A stretch of 64,000 bases of DNA from Armatimonadota bacterium (GTDB taxonomy: Bacteria > Armatimonadota > Fervidibacteria > Fervidibacterales > Thermosaccharophagaceae): contig JANXAS010000001.1 in NCBI GenBank assembly GCA_025062195.1, positions 872-64,871 on the forward strand, in the 5' to 3' direction. The notes under the pieces were generated by a model. That model saw only the letters and a program-made list of their open reading frames with translations. It was not told the DNA's origin and did not search any database. Made by a program: the position numbers and the translations under genes. The number at the start of each line of letters is the position of its first letter. Position 1 is the first letter of the stretch. This document shows positions 9,350-20,430 of this stretch, piece by piece.

Positions 9350-12300
9350 ACTCAGATGAGTCACATGCCGCTAAAGTGCTCACGGAGGCATTGCTTCAAA
9401 GAAGGTTCAGCGGGGCTGAAAGCTGCCTGATTGACAAAATTTTCAAAGATGGCGCTGGCGCACGAAAAGCGTTGATGCGCATCGTCTCAGACGCACAGGT
9501 GGCTTTAAAGCTTGAACACATCTTGGACGACCTACTTGAAGCACTCAAAGATTCGCCAGACCCGGACTCGGCTCTCGTAAACTTTGAACGGCTATGTGAT
9601 GCCGCTGGGAAACTGCGCTTGCTTCAATGGCTGAGCGACAACAGGGCAACGATATACGCTCTCATCAAACTGCTCGGCACAAGCAACTATGCTGCTGACA
9701 CGCTCTGTCTTCATCCCGAATATTTGAGTTTGCTCTTTCCAGTCAGCCAGCTGGGGGCAAAAAGAGGTCGCAAGATAATGGCAAAGGAAGCCAAGCTGGC
9801 TGCCGATACCTTTATGGCAACAAAAAGAAAGTGGGAAAGCTTGTGCAGGTTCAGGCGCAGAGAAACGCTGCGAATAATCGCTGCCGATATACTTGGCATG
9901 ATGCGCTATGAGGATGTGGTGGACGAACTTACAGCGCTCGCCGAGGCAACTGTGAAGACAGCGCTTGATATAGCCCTGCAGCAGGTTGGCGCAAGCATTC
10001 CGCAGGAAGAATGCGGATTCCTCATTGTAGCGCTCGGCAAGCTCGGCGGACTAGAACTCAACTACAGCTCTGACATTGATTTGATGTTCATCTACGATAG
10101 AGCTTCACTCCTCTCGTGGGCATTGGGCAGCCCATCTTCAAAACCGGATAGCAAGCACGCACAACATACCGCTTCACTCATTGCGGAAAAGCTCTCGCAG
10201 GCTATACTCAAAGGGCTATCCGAAGTCACCAACTATGGGCGAGCTTACAGAGTTGATCTTCGCCTTCGCCCATATGGGCGCAGTGGTCCGATGGCGCTTG
10301 AATGGGGGGCAATGATGAGCTACTACGAATCATGGGCAATGGCATGGGAGAGAATGGCACTTATAAAGGCAAGACCAATTGCGGGCGATGTCAGGCTCTC
10401 GCTGCGCTTTGCTCGCTTCGTTGAAAGCTATGTTTACATGGCACCGCTTGAATACGATGCCTTTTCTGCGCTTCGTGAGATAAGAAGGCACAGCGAGGAG
10501 GCAGCTGCAGCCTCCTCACGAAATCATGTGAAAGCTGGGAGAGGTGGGATAAGGGATGTTGAATTTGTAGTGCAACTTTTACAGCTCACCTTCGGAAGCC
10601 AATTTGATAGCCTAAAGATACCGAACACGCTGCACGCAATTGAAGAACTCCGTAAGTTATCGCTGCTCACGGACGAAGAGGCTAACTCACTCCGTGAGAG
10701 CTACATCTTTCTGAGGACACTTGAACACATGCTTCAGATAGCTGAGCACCTTCCGATGCACGAGTTGCCGGCATTGCCAGATGAACTTGAAAAGGTAGCG
10801 AGGAGAATGGGCTATGCGGAAGAACCCATTCGTTCCCTCACCTTGGATTACAGAATGCATACTGAGAGGGTGCGTTCAATTTACAAACGAGTGGTGGATG
10901 AACTTGATAGCATCATCCGGCAGGCTGTAGAAGGCGTGGAAGCATTTACACCGCCTCTGGATAGCGATGAAGAGTTAACTGGGTGGCTTTCAAACTATGG
11001 CTTTGCTCAACCGGCGGAAACAGTGAAGGCGCTTCATTTGTTGGTTGAAGGACCTGCGGAGGTCAAATTAAGCGCGAGGGAAAGGATGGCAGTGCTTCGC
11101 GCCCTTCCAATTGTGGTAAAGGCTGCCTCAAAGACGGTCAATCCGGATGCTGCTATACAGCGTTTGGAACAGCTCTCAACAGCTGTCGGAAACAGAGCTG
11201 CCTTCATCTCTTCGCTCTGCTCAAACGAAACGGCGCTTTGTATGTTATTGAGCTGTATTTCGCTCTCCGAGTTCCTGAGCGATTTGATGATGCGCTATCC
11301 CGAACACCTGGAGACAGTGCTCAGAGAATCCTTGGAGGGCAGCGATGAGGGCGAATCATCTCACCAGCAGTTATACAGGCACATAATGGGCGCAGGGACG
11401 GATGAACAGGCTAAGTGTCTTCTCAGAAGGTTCAAGCAGAGAGAGACACTGCGAATCGGCTTTATGCAGGTGAATGGCATCCTCAATGCCATTGATGCCT
11501 CACATGCTCTTGCCACAATAGCGGATGCCACAATTAGCGCAGCGCTGAGATACTCTCTGAAAGCCGGTGTGCCTTTGGAAACACTGTCTGAGCATGATGG
11601 GAAGATCGCTATCTTAGGTCTTGGGGGGTTGGGCGCCCAAGAGCTACATTATGCATCCGACTTAGATCTGATATTTATCCATGAAGCAAAGCGAAGCGAT
11701 GCTGAGGAGGTTGTCATACGCCTGATCAAGCTTCTTTCAGATAGCACTGAAGATGGCGTCGCTTACAGGGTTGATGTCCGACTGCGCCCATTGGGTGGAA
11801 CACTGTTATCGCACCCTGAAGAGGCTTGGGCTGCAGCTTTAAATAAGCTTGAGCCATGGCAACTCATCTCGCTGCCAAGAGCACGTCACATCGCTGGGGA
11901 TAAAGGTATATCCCAAAGGTTGATTGAAAGGGCTTGGGGGAGCATGCAAGAGCGCTTCTTGAAGGCTGGAACGCTTGAGGAGCTGTTTAAGCTCTGGCAG
12001 GCTGTGCAAAAGGAGCATGCACCGCCAAAAGACACACTTGATCCAAAGTATGTTCGTGGAGGGCTTTCAGACCTGCAGTTCATAGCGACATTGATTCAAT
12101 TGGCGCATGTTTCTAAGCATCGCCAATTGAGGCATCACAGCTATGCAATGGCAATTGAGACGGCTGCAAAGTTGAGACTTCTGAGCGAAGAGGATGCAGG
12201 GACTATGCTGAAGGCGCATGAGTTTCTTAGGGCAATGAAATCACTCATCACCATCCTTAAGGCGCCGCAGATAAGGAGCATAAGCATCAATGATGCATCT

Positions 12301-12453
12301 TTTCCTTATCTGGCTATGCATTTAACTGGAGAGCACTCACCAAGTGACGCTATATCACGCTTGTTAAGCATGTGGGAGACGGTTTGCCGTGCATCGCATG
12401 CCGCAATAATGCGTGCTGTTAAGGAGCTAACCAAATCTATGCAAGCTCGCTGA
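9334..12453 (+). CDS. glnE: Bifunctional glutamine synthetase adenylyltransferase / adenylyl-removing enzyme
   Basis: 1039 aa with two GlnE nucleotidyltransferase halves (LGKLGGLELNYSSDIDLMFIY...YRVDLRLRP and LGGLGAQELHYASDLDLIFIH...YRVDVRLRP). Overlaps glnD by 16 nt. Confidence 0.85.
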   Translation: MGANMNSDESHAAKVLTEALLQRRFSGAESCLIDKIFKDGAGARKALMRIVSDAQVALKLEHILDDLLEALKDSPDPDSALVNFERLCDAAGKLRLLQWLSDNRATIYALIKLLGTSNYAADTLCLHPEYLSLLFPVSQLGAKRGRKIMAKEAKLAADTFMATKRKWESLCRFRRRETLRIIAADILGMMRYEDVVDELTALAEATVKTALDIALQQVGASIPQEECGFLIVALGKLGGLELNYSSDIDLMFIYDRASLLSWALGSPSSKPDSKHAQHTASLIAEKLSQAILKGLSEVTNYGRAYRVDLRLRPYGRSGPMALEWGAMMSYYESWAMAWERMALIKARPIAGDVRLSLRFARFVESYVYMAPLEYDAFSALREIRRHSEEAAAASSRNHVKAGRGGIRDVEFVVQLLQLTFGSQFDSLKIPNTLHAIEELRKLSLLTDEEANSLRESYIFLRTLEHMLQIAEHLPMHELPALPDELEKVARRMGYAEEPIRSLTLDYRMHTERVRSIYKRVVDELDSIIRQAVEGVEAFTPPLDSDEELTGWLSNYGFAQPAETVKALHLLVEGPAEVKLSARERMAVLRALPIVVKAASKTVNPDAAIQRLEQLSTAVGNRAAFISSLCSNETALCMLLSCISLSEFLSDLMMRYPEHLETVLRESLEGSDEGESSHQQLYRHIMGAGTDEQAKCLLRRFKQRETLRIGFMQVNGILNAIDASHALATIADATISAALRYSLKAGVPLETLSEHDGKIAILGLGGLGAQELHYASDLDLIFIHEAKRSDAEEVVIRLIKLLSDSTEDGVAYRVDVRLRPLGGTLLSHPEEAWAAALNKLEPWQLISLPRARHIAGDKGISQRLIERAWGSMQERFLKAGTLEELFKLWQAVQKEHAPPKDTLDPKYVRGGLSDLQFIATLIQLAHVSKHRQLRHHSYAMAIETAAKLRLLSEEDAGTMLKAHEFLRAMKSLITILKAPQIRSISINDASFPYLAMHLTGEHSPSDAISRLLSMWETVCRASHAAIMRAVKELTKSMQAR

Positions 12454-12786
12454 TGCTGCCATGATAATGAGCGTCCGAAGCCGGGCGGCGAGCGAATTTC
12501 AGATGGCACTCAAAGGTTCGCAGCAAGGCATCAAGCTAATCGGATGTCATCAAAACTAAAGCAGATAGGAGTTACACAGGTTATGTTGCTTTGCAGGGAC
12601 GGATAGTAGCCCACCCGATAAACACTGACAAAAACGAAGGATGTAGACAGCTTAACAGCTGTCCCTGCATTCAACTGCATAACTCCTGACAGATTCCAAA
12701 GCCAACTCGCCATCGCTTTGCGTCAAACTACGAGATGTGCATCATTTACAATATTCGCACCACCAATAATCACAGGGGTGAATAGG

Positions 12787-14343
12787 ATGGGCACTAAGAG
12801 AGTATGTGTTGCAGCTTCGCTCCCACCTTTGTTTATTCTGGCTTTCTCCCTCATCCAAGTGACGGCACCACTTTGCGCTGATAAAGTCAATTTCACAATT
12901 GTTGGCAAAGCGCAACCTATAACGGGTCAGCCAGATAAATGGCGCATCTGCGCTTCAAAAATTCTGTATGCGGTTATACCGAGCGATACACGAAAACTTG
13001 CCGGCATAGCAAAGCTGGATGGCGACGGCTCATTTGAATTAGCTGTAACTGCTGCACCTGGTGAACTGCTCTTTCTATGTGCACACTTCAACGGCGTGCT
13101 GTCCTGCAGCTCAATCACCCAAATCAAAGCGCCGGATAAAGACGGTGTGAGAATTGAATTGGGCAAGATGCATCTTGACCGTGTGAGAGATGTTGTTGAA
13201 TTCGCCATTGAAACTCCTGATGGGAAACGACTCGGAAGGAAAGCTCTCGTGCATATTTACAACATGTATGGGGAAGTAACTGCAAAGGCGAATGGGCTGT
13301 GGTCGGACGATAACGGCGTAGTGCGCATTGAAGGCTTGCTTAGCGGGCTTTACGATGTTTGGGTTGAGGATGTTGAGGGTGACAAGGAGGGCAAGTTTGC
13401 TCGCATGTTGTTCAGATGCGTTGAAGTTGCTGCGGGTGAGAATGCGCAGCGAATTGAATTAAGGTTGCAGCCAAGTGGGGCAATTTGCGGGCGGCTGCTC
13501 TTTAGCGATGGAAAGCCAGCAAGCGGTTGCATCGTTTCCATGCAGACTGCCACATTCCCGAGCGAACGCACACAAGCTGCAAGCGCAAAGGCTGCATATG
13601 CTCATGGCGCAATTGATTGCTACGCTGAGGCGGTTGTTCAAGGCGATGGCTCATTTGCGCTCGTTGGGTTGACAGCTGGCATTCACAGTTTGGATGTGAG
13701 GGTGAAGGGCGAGTTGCGCCCGAAGCACACGATAAACGATGTCGCAGTCAAACCGGGGCAAACCACAGATATTGGGGCAGTAGTTCTGCCGGATGAGGGA
13801 TGGCAATTCATGTTTGATGGGCAAACACTAACAGGATGGAAGGAAAGCGATTTCTTTGGCAGGAACGAGGTGCGGATTGAAAACGATCGCATAGTTATGC
13901 TTATGGGGAATGATATGACTGGCATAACTTGGGTTGGGGAGTTGCCGAGGATTGATTATGAGGTGACATTGCAAGGGATGCGCGTTAGCGGTTCCGATTT
14001 TTTCTGCGGACTTACATTCCCAGTTGGTGATAGCCACTGCTCGCTTATACTTGGTGGATGGGGAGGGGGTGTTGTAGGGATATCTTGCATAGATGGATTT
14101 GATGCGTCTCAGAATGAGACAACACGCTTTATGCAATTTCAGAACGGGAGATGGTATCGGATTAGGCTCAGGGTGACGAACCGCAAGATTGAGGCGTGGC
14201 TTGATTCACAAAAGATCGTTGATGTCATTATTGAGGGGAAGCGCTTATCCATCCGATGGGAATGCGAACCCTCAATACCCTTCGGCATAGCAACATGGCG
14301 CACAACGGGTGCTGTAAGGGACATAAGGATTCGCAAGCTCTAA
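12787..14343 (+). CDS. Secreted multi-domain protein with C-terminal DUF1080 (3-keto-disaccharide hydrolase-like) domain
   Basis: Signal peptide MGTKRVCVAASLPPLFILAFSLIQVTAPLCA at an internal ATG (12787). Beta-sandwich-like repeats, then a C-terminal GWQFMFDGQTLTGWKE...VRIENDRIVM pattern typical of DUF1080. Confidence 0.7.
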   Translation: MGTKRVCVAASLPPLFILAFSLIQVTAPLCADKVNFTIVGKAQPITGQPDKWRICASKILYAVIPSDTRKLAGIAKLDGDGSFELAVTAAPGELLFLCAHFNGVLSCSSITQIKAPDKDGVRIELGKMHLDRVRDVVEFAIETPDGKRLGRKALVHIYNMYGEVTAKANGLWSDDNGVVRIEGLLSGLYDVWVEDVEGDKEGKFARMLFRCVEVAAGENAQRIELRLQPSGAICGRLLFSDGKPASGCIVSMQTATFPSERTQAASAKAAYAHGAIDCYAEAVVQGDGSFALVGLTAGIHSLDVRVKGELRPKHTINDVAVKPGQTTDIGAVVLPDEGWQFMFDGQTLTGWKESDFFGRNEVRIENDRIVMLMGNDMTGITWVGELPRIDYEVTLQGMRVSGSDFFCGLTFPVGDSHCSLILGGWGGGVVGISCIDGFDASQNETTRFMQFQNGRWYRIRLRVTNRKIEAWLDSQKIVDVIIEGKRLSIRWECEPSIPFGIATWRTTGAVRDIRIRKL

Positions 14344-14381
14344 CAGGTGGTTAACCTCAAATTCTGAAACTCCAAGGTGGG

Positions 14382-15686
14382 GTGAGAGCCATGACTACCT
14401 CAACCGGCGATGGCGGGAAGTTTACGAGGCGTCAGTTCGTCCAAAAAGCTGCTACAGCTGGCGCAGCGATTTATGCTGCTGTCTTCCCAACTATAATAGT
14501 CAAGGCGCAAGCGAAGACATTTAAGATCGGTCTTATCGGATGCGGTGGCAGAGGCAGAGGAGCACTTGCTGATGCAATTGAGGCTGGGAAGATACTCGGA
14601 TTTGATGTGCGCATAGTAGCACTTGCAGACTGGTTCCGTGAACGAGCACTTGATGCCGGGAAAAGATTCGGCGTCCCTGAGGAGAGATGCTTTGGAGGAC
14701 CAAAGTCGTATGAGGCACTGCTTGAGACAGATGTTGAAATAGTGTTTCTCTGCGAGCCACCTTCGTTTGTCCCAGTGCACCTTGAAGCAATAGTCAAAGC
14801 TGGGAAACACGCCTTCGTTGAGAAACCGTGTGCGGTTGACCCACCGGGGTGCAGGCGAGTAATTGCAGCTTCAGAGGAGGCTCAAAGGAAGGGCTTGGTC
14901 ATAACCTCTGGGACTGAGATGCGCCATGACTTTAATTTCAGACTAACACATCAAGCTGTGGCAGTGGAGGGCGCACTCGGAAGGCTATTTTATGGACGAG
15001 TGGCATTTTGCATTGGGCACATGTTCGCCACTCGCCCAATTAATCCAAAGAATGCCGATGACCTTGTCCGCACCTGGCAAAACTGGGTATGCCTGTCTGG
15101 CGATCACATTGTTGAACAACACATCCACAACATAGACATCGCAAACTGGTTTGTAGGAAGACCACCAATTAGTGCTGTCGGATTTGGCGGTAGAGCAAGG
15201 CGCAATGCGGGAGACCAATATGACTTCTTCAGCGTTGACTATGATTATGGTGATGGTGTGCACATCCACTCAATGTGCAGGCAAGTTAACGGCTGCTGGA
15301 ATTGGATCGGACATGACTTCGTCTACGAGAGGGGGCGCACTGACGGTGCAAATTATCCGAAGCCAAAGCAATCCCCTATCCCACCAGACCTTCCAAGGGG
15401 TCCAAGCAGCCATGTCCAGGAGCAGATTGATACGCTTTATTATGTTGCCAAGGGCATACCGGTAAATCAGGCAAAGGACCTCGCCGAGTCAACCGCAACG
15501 GCGATCATGGGGCGCATATCAGCATACACCGGTCGGCAAGTCTTTTGGAGCGAGGTTATGGGCGACCCGAAAAAGAACCCCGAGCTTTATAACCTCACGG
15601 TGAAACCAAGCGCTGAGGATTTCATAAATGGCACAGTTGAACTGCCGAAGGAGAATGTAATCCCCCTGCCGGGCTTCTCACCATAA
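14382..15686 (+). CDS. Gfo/Idh/MocA-family oxidoreductase with Tat signal peptide
   Basis: 434 aa. TRRQFVQKAATAGAAIYAA Tat signal, GLIGCGGRGRGA, HAFVEKPCA. Confidence 0.85.
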   Translation: MRAMTTSTGDGGKFTRRQFVQKAATAGAAIYAAVFPTIIVKAQAKTFKIGLIGCGGRGRGALADAIEAGKILGFDVRIVALADWFRERALDAGKRFGVPEERCFGGPKSYEALLETDVEIVFLCEPPSFVPVHLEAIVKAGKHAFVEKPCAVDPPGCRRVIAASEEAQRKGLVITSGTEMRHDFNFRLTHQAVAVEGALGRLFYGRVAFCIGHMFATRPINPKNADDLVRTWQNWVCLSGDHIVEQHIHNIDIANWFVGRPPISAVGFGGRARRNAGDQYDFFSVDYDYGDGVHIHSMCRQVNGCWNWIGHDFVYERGRTDGANYPKPKQSPIPPDLPRGPSSHVQEQIDTLYYVAKGIPVNQAKDLAESTATAIMGRISAYTGRQVFWSEVMGDPKKNPELYNLTVKPSAEDFINGTVELPKENVIPLPGFSP

Positions 15687-15898
15687 GGGAAGCTTATCAA
15701 GGTGGAAGGAAGAAGCCAAATGTTTGCCCTTTGCCATGTTTCGGTATAGTATCCGAGCACGACGCAAATTATAGTATTGAGGCATCCCGCCAAAAGTTTT
15801 CCCGGCAGGCTCTCATGCCACATAAATTTCGCGAGTCGGACGGCAACAGGTGGGTCGTTAACATCGTTAACAGATCACACAAGCAGGGGGTGGAAAAG

Positions 15899-17149
15899 AT
15901 GAAGGCGCAAAGCGGCTCTGGTAGCGCAGTTGATGCAGCTGAGTTGGAACGCAAAAGGAGGATGCAATGGTGGCACGAAGCCAAGTTCGGCATGTTCATA
16001 CACTGGGGGCTATATAGCGTCATTGGAAGACACGAATGGGTCATGGAACTTGAAGCCATTCCGGTGGCTGAGTATGAGCAACTGACAAAACTTTTCAGAC
16101 CAAAGCCGCACCCGGCTAAGGAATGGGCAAAACTGGCAAAGCTTGCCGGCATGAAATATATGGTCATGACAACTAAGCATCACGAGGGGTTTTGCTTGTT
16201 TGATACAAAGCTCACCGATTACTGTGCACCAAAAGTGTGCGGGCGAGACTTAGTCGCTGAGTTTGTTGAGGCGGCACGCTCGGAGGGTTTGCGAGTCGGC
16301 TTTTATTATTCGCTCATGGATTGGCATCATCCGGACGGCGTTCGCTGCGCACATGACGAAGAGGCGAGAAAACGCTTCGTTGAATACATTCATGGACAGG
16401 TGCGTGAGCTATGCACCAACTATGGCAAGATTGACATCCTTTGGTATGATGTCCCTTGGCCATTGAGTGCTGAGGGATGGGAGTCCGAGAGGATGAACCG
16501 GATGGTGCGCGAGTTGCAACCGGACATCATCATAAACAATCGTTCGGGTTTACCGGAAGATTTTGATACGCCAGAGCAACACATCCGACCGAGCGTTGGG
16601 AGGGCGTGGGAAGCCTGCATGACAATGAATGAGAGCTGGGGCTACCACAAAGCCGATGATGCATGGAAGACGCCAAAGCAAATCCTGCGCAACTTGATCA
16701 CATGCGCAAGGGATGGAGGCAACTATCTCCTCAACATCGGACCGATGCCAGATGGAACTGTGCCAGAGGAGTCTGTGCGCATACTTGAAGAGGTGGGCAG
16801 CTGGATGAGCAAACACGGTGATACCATCTATGGAGCGGAGCCGTGCGCCGTCAAAAGCTCTGTATTCGCCAACTTCACACGCAAGGGAAACAAGCTATTC
16901 GTGCATGTTTACTTCTGGCCGGGCTCTGAATGGGCTATAGGTGGCTTGCGCACGAAAGTGCTCTCTGCGAAGCTTCGCTTAACAGGTGAAGAGGTGAAGC
17001 TTGAGCAGGACGAATTTCGCGTGCGCTTTAAGGGCTTGCCCGAAGAACCACCTGAGCAGCCGATAACCGTCATTGAACTTGAATGCGATGGGGAACCAAT
17101 TCAAGATATGATGTTCGTCCGCCAGAACATGCCTCGCAGGAGCGTTTAA
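15899..17149 (+). CDS. Alpha-L-fucosidase (GH29)
   Basis: WWHEAKFGMFIHWGLYSV, TKHHEGFCLFDT and DFDTPEQ motifs. The internal ATG at 15899 has a GGGGGTGG Shine-Dalgarno sequence. The tracked start at 15731 adds a non-homologous extension. Confidence 0.85.
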   Translation: MKAQSGSGSAVDAAELERKRRMQWWHEAKFGMFIHWGLYSVIGRHEWVMELEAIPVAEYEQLTKLFRPKPHPAKEWAKLAKLAGMKYMVMTTKHHEGFCLFDTKLTDYCAPKVCGRDLVAEFVEAARSEGLRVGFYYSLMDWHHPDGVRCAHDEEARKRFVEYIHGQVRELCTNYGKIDILWYDVPWPLSAEGWESERMNRMVRELQPDIIINNRSGLPEDFDTPEQHIRPSVGRAWEACMTMNESWGYHKADDAWKTPKQILRNLITCARDGGNYLLNIGPMPDGTVPEESVRILEEVGSWMSKHGDTIYGAEPCAVKSSVFANFTRKGNKLFVHVYFWPGSEWAIGGLRTKVLSAKLRLTGEEVKLEQDEFRVRFKGLPEEPPEQPITVIELECDGEPIQDMMFVRQNMPRRSV

Positions 17150-17377
17150 TTGGATAGGTATGTTGCCGATTGTTTCTTGCTCCCGAAACTTAATGGGAAC
17201 TGTGCAATTGGATGCACAAGCAGTCGTTGAGCCACCCGCAAAATATGAGTGGCTTTCAAAGGGGCATATAAGGAGGCTGCGCTTTTCGCCGCAGAGGATG
17301 CTGGCTGTGCAAACCCGGCTTTAATTAATGCCCGGAAATCCCGACAGATGTCACGGTGATGATGAGGTGATGATGAT

Positions 17378-18343
17378 ATGAATCCGGAGGACAACTATTT
17401 CCGCGCAGTTGAGTTTCGCAACCCGGCATGGATACCTGTGAGAGTTGGCTTGATGCCAGCAACATGGATGCGTTATAGAGAGGCGCTTGAAGAGATCGTC
17501 CTCCGCCACCCGCTAATATTTGGGGAATACAAGAGGGGCAGCAAGAACTTTGACGAGGTTGGCGGCACTTATCGCTCCGGCGAGCATACGGATGAATGGG
17601 GATGTGTTTGGAAGAACATCCGTGACGGACTTGATGCAGTTGTCATTCACCATCCAATTGAAAGTTGGGATGCACTGGAGCGCTACCGTCCGCCGGAGCC
17701 AACAGCTGAATCACTCCCTCACGGATTTATGTTCCTTCGCCTGAGCTACCTTCGCGGCTATGAGAATTTGATGATTGACTTTGCTGAAGAGCCACCGCAA
17801 CTTCACAAGCTAATTGAAATAGTGCTCTCGTATAACATTGCAGTTGTTGAACGGATGCTCTCTCGCAAACCCAAAATAGTTCACTTCGGAGACGACCTTG
17901 GAATGCAAGACAGGTTGCCGTTCAGTCCGGCTCACTTCCGCAAATACCTCAAACCATGCTATGAGCGCATATTCAAGCTATGTAGGGGAAGAGGTGCTCA
18001 TGTTTACTTCCACACCGATGGGCACATAATTGAGATAATCCAAGACCTGATTGAATGCGGCGTGAGCGTGCTCAACCCACAAGTGCGCGCAAATGGTTTA
18101 GAGGAGCTTGCCCGAGAAGCCAAAGGCAAAGTCTGCATTGACCTTGACCTTGATAGGCAGATGTTTCCCTTCTGTTCGCCAAAGGATATTGAGGAGCATA
18201 TCAAAGAAGCCGTGATGAAACTCGGCTCACCAGAGGGCGGTCTTATGTTATATGCCGAGGTTGAGCCCGATGTGCCGCTTGAGAATATTGAGGCAATATG
18301 CTCGGCATTGGAGCGCTACATGTTCTATTACTCGCAGCGCTGA
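17378..18343 (+). CDS. Uroporphyrinogen-decarboxylase (URO-D)-like family protein
   Basis: 321 aa. General resemblance to URO-D/MtaA-like TIM-barrel proteins (VHFGDDLGMQ, HTDGHI). Motif-level call only. Confidence 0.55.
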   Translation: MNPEDNYFRAVEFRNPAWIPVRVGLMPATWMRYREALEEIVLRHPLIFGEYKRGSKNFDEVGGTYRSGEHTDEWGCVWKNIRDGLDAVVIHHPIESWDALERYRPPEPTAESLPHGFMFLRLSYLRGYENLMIDFAEEPPQLHKLIEIVLSYNIAVVERMLSRKPKIVHFGDDLGMQDRLPFSPAHFRKYLKPCYERIFKLCRGRGAHVYFHTDGHIIEIIQDLIECGVSVLNPQVRANGLEELAREAKGKVCIDLDLDRQMFPFCSPKDIEEHIKEAVMKLGSPEGGLMLYAEVEPDVPLENIEAICSALERYMFYYSQR

Positions 18344-18712
18344 TGCACCACTCTCGGTAAACGCCCCTGCAATTTTGCGCCTTGAGCATGAGCGGCATGA
18401 ACATTGCATCCGATACGCAAAATGACAAAATCAAAGTGAGCCGAATTCCGCTCGCCTTACAGATCCAATTTGGCGTGAGCCTTTCGCTTTCAACTAACTC
18501 CACTATCTCCGCGCCCAAATGCATTCATCTCACCATGAGAATGTATCCCAAATTGACCTGATACCTGTAAGGTTCACCATTCGGATAGCGAGTTATAATA
18601 CCATGCGATTTGTGAGACCAGTGAGGCTGAACAAGCTCAGCTTAAATCGGCTTTATGCTCTTATGTGCTTCCCTATTGATGGCGCACAAAATATGACGGT
18701 GGGTGATGCTCC

Positions 18713-19549
18713 ATGAAAAGGATACCGTTCATTGCTGGCAATTGGAAAATGAACTGCACTACCTCAGAAGCAGTTAGCCTCGTTGAAGGCATCAAGGCGC
18801 TCATAAGTGACATCACTCCTGAGCAGGTTGAAGTTGCTGTATGCCCACCATTTACGGCACTACACCGTGTAGCGCAGCTAATTGAGGGCACATATATACG
18901 CTTGGGAGCACAGGATGTGTTTTGGAAGGATAAGGGCGCATACACTGGGCAAATCTCACCGGTCATGCTCAAGGATGTCGGATGCACTTATGTCATCATT
19001 GGGCATTCCGAAAGAAGAGGCAGGTTTGGCGTCCCAGACCCAGATATGAGCGATGAGTTGCTCAAATTGTTCGGAGATAACGATGCAACGGTCAACCGTA
19101 AAATCACAGCCGCCCTCTCACACGGGTTGAAGCCGATAGTTTGCGTTGGCGAGACACTCTCAGAGAGGGAAAGAGGACTAACCGATGAGATTGTGCGAAG
19201 ACAAGTTATTGGCGCTCTTAACTCCATTCCAACTGAATCGGTTGAGAACATAACATTTGCATATGAACCAGTTTGGGCTATAGGCACTGGAAATGTGTGC
19301 GATGCATATGAAGCTAACAGAGTCATTGGGATGATAAGAGGCATCATTTCCGAACTATACAGCAGCGAGTTGGCGGAGAGAGTGCGAATTCAATATGGTG
19401 GCAGCGTCACACCGGAGAACATTGAAGAGCTCGCATTACAACCGGAGATTGATGGCGCTCTCGTTGGCGGTGCGAGCCTTCGTCCGGATTCGTTTTCAGC
19501 AATAGTGAGAACAACAATGAGTGCAAAGCAGCGCATCGGTCAAAAGTGA
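18713..19549 (+). CDS. tpiA: Triosephosphate isomerase
   Basis: IAGNWKMN, IIGHSERR, AYEPVWAIGTG and QYGGSV signatures. Confidence 0.95.
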   Translation: MKRIPFIAGNWKMNCTTSEAVSLVEGIKALISDITPEQVEVAVCPPFTALHRVAQLIEGTYIRLGAQDVFWKDKGAYTGQISPVMLKDVGCTYVIIGHSERRGRFGVPDPDMSDELLKLFGDNDATVNRKITAALSHGLKPIVCVGETLSERERGLTDEIVRRQVIGALNSIPTESVENITFAYEPVWAIGTGNVCDAYEANRVIGMIRGIISELYSSELAERVRIQYGGSVTPENIEELALQPEIDGALVGGASLRPDSFSAIVRTTMSAKQRIGQK

Positions 19550-19575
19550 ATATCGCTTTGAAGGCAAATTGAGGG

Positions 19576-20079
19576 CTATGCCTGCGCTGCGATGTGGGCG
19601 TCAATTACGCGCCATAAAAACATCGCCATCGGGCAGCCAATAACGATAGCGCTGAAGATGACGGTTAGTATTGGCGCACCGAAGAAGGAGACAAGAAGCG
19701 CCACTGTGCCAGTGCAACAGACATAGAGCGCTAACTTCTCAGCCATGGTTCGCCGCAAGATGGCTGCCAAAATCCAACCGATAAGAACGCCGGCAGTGAA
19801 GCCAGCTGTGGCGGCTGCAAATGCCCCCTCAAATGGCGGGGAGTTGTTGTGCGTATCCGAACTTGTTAGAAAAAGGGCAGCTGCCCAAAGCGCCCAACCG
19901 ATGCCCATGGCTAATCCAATACCAAAGTTAGTCAGGCAACCAGATTGAGCCTCTACAAACTCGTGAGGGATAAGGTAACCACATCGCGGGCAACGAACAG
20001 GGCTGGTTGAGATGACAAACGCGAGTTGACAGCGTGGGCAACGCAGCGAACGCCCTTTGTGCTCTGCCTGTGTTGTCAT
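19576..20079 (-). CDS. Zinc-ribbon membrane protein
   Basis: 167 aa. N-terminal CPRC-x14-CPRC ribbon, then about four Gly/Ala-rich hydrophobic helices. Same strand as, and downstream of, the kinase operon. Confidence 0.5.
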   Translation of the reverse strand: MTTQAEHKGRSLRCPRCQLAFVISTSPVRCPRCGYLIPHEFVEAQSGCLTNFGIGLAMGIGWALWAAALFLTSSDTHNNSPPFEGAFAAATAGFTAGVLIGWILAAILRRTMAEKLALYVCCTGTVALLVSFFGAPILTVIFSAIVIGCPMAMFLWRVIDAHIAAQA

Positions 20080-20430
20080 TTTTTATCATCCCGCTATTTG
20101 CCGATTGCACCTACGAGCTTAAGCAAACAACCCATCGCTATGATTTAACACATCAATTTGAAGTATGCCATTTTGGCTTGCGCAAAAGGTTAATGCCGTG
20201 CGTGGCTTTTGCTCGCATTGCTTCTCTCAAATTGCGGGGTTGATAGAGTCTTACGCCAGCTTGAACCAGCTGGGAACTGCACAACTGCGATGTTAGGGGA
20301 CGAATGCTAAGTCCCTTTGGTAGCAGTTCTTCAACCCCTTAAAGGGATGTTTTTTCGGGTGAACCATCGTTTACCTTTTGCATAATCCCGCCTTGCGCTC
20401 TGACGGTTTGGAGCGAATCGTCTAACCGGT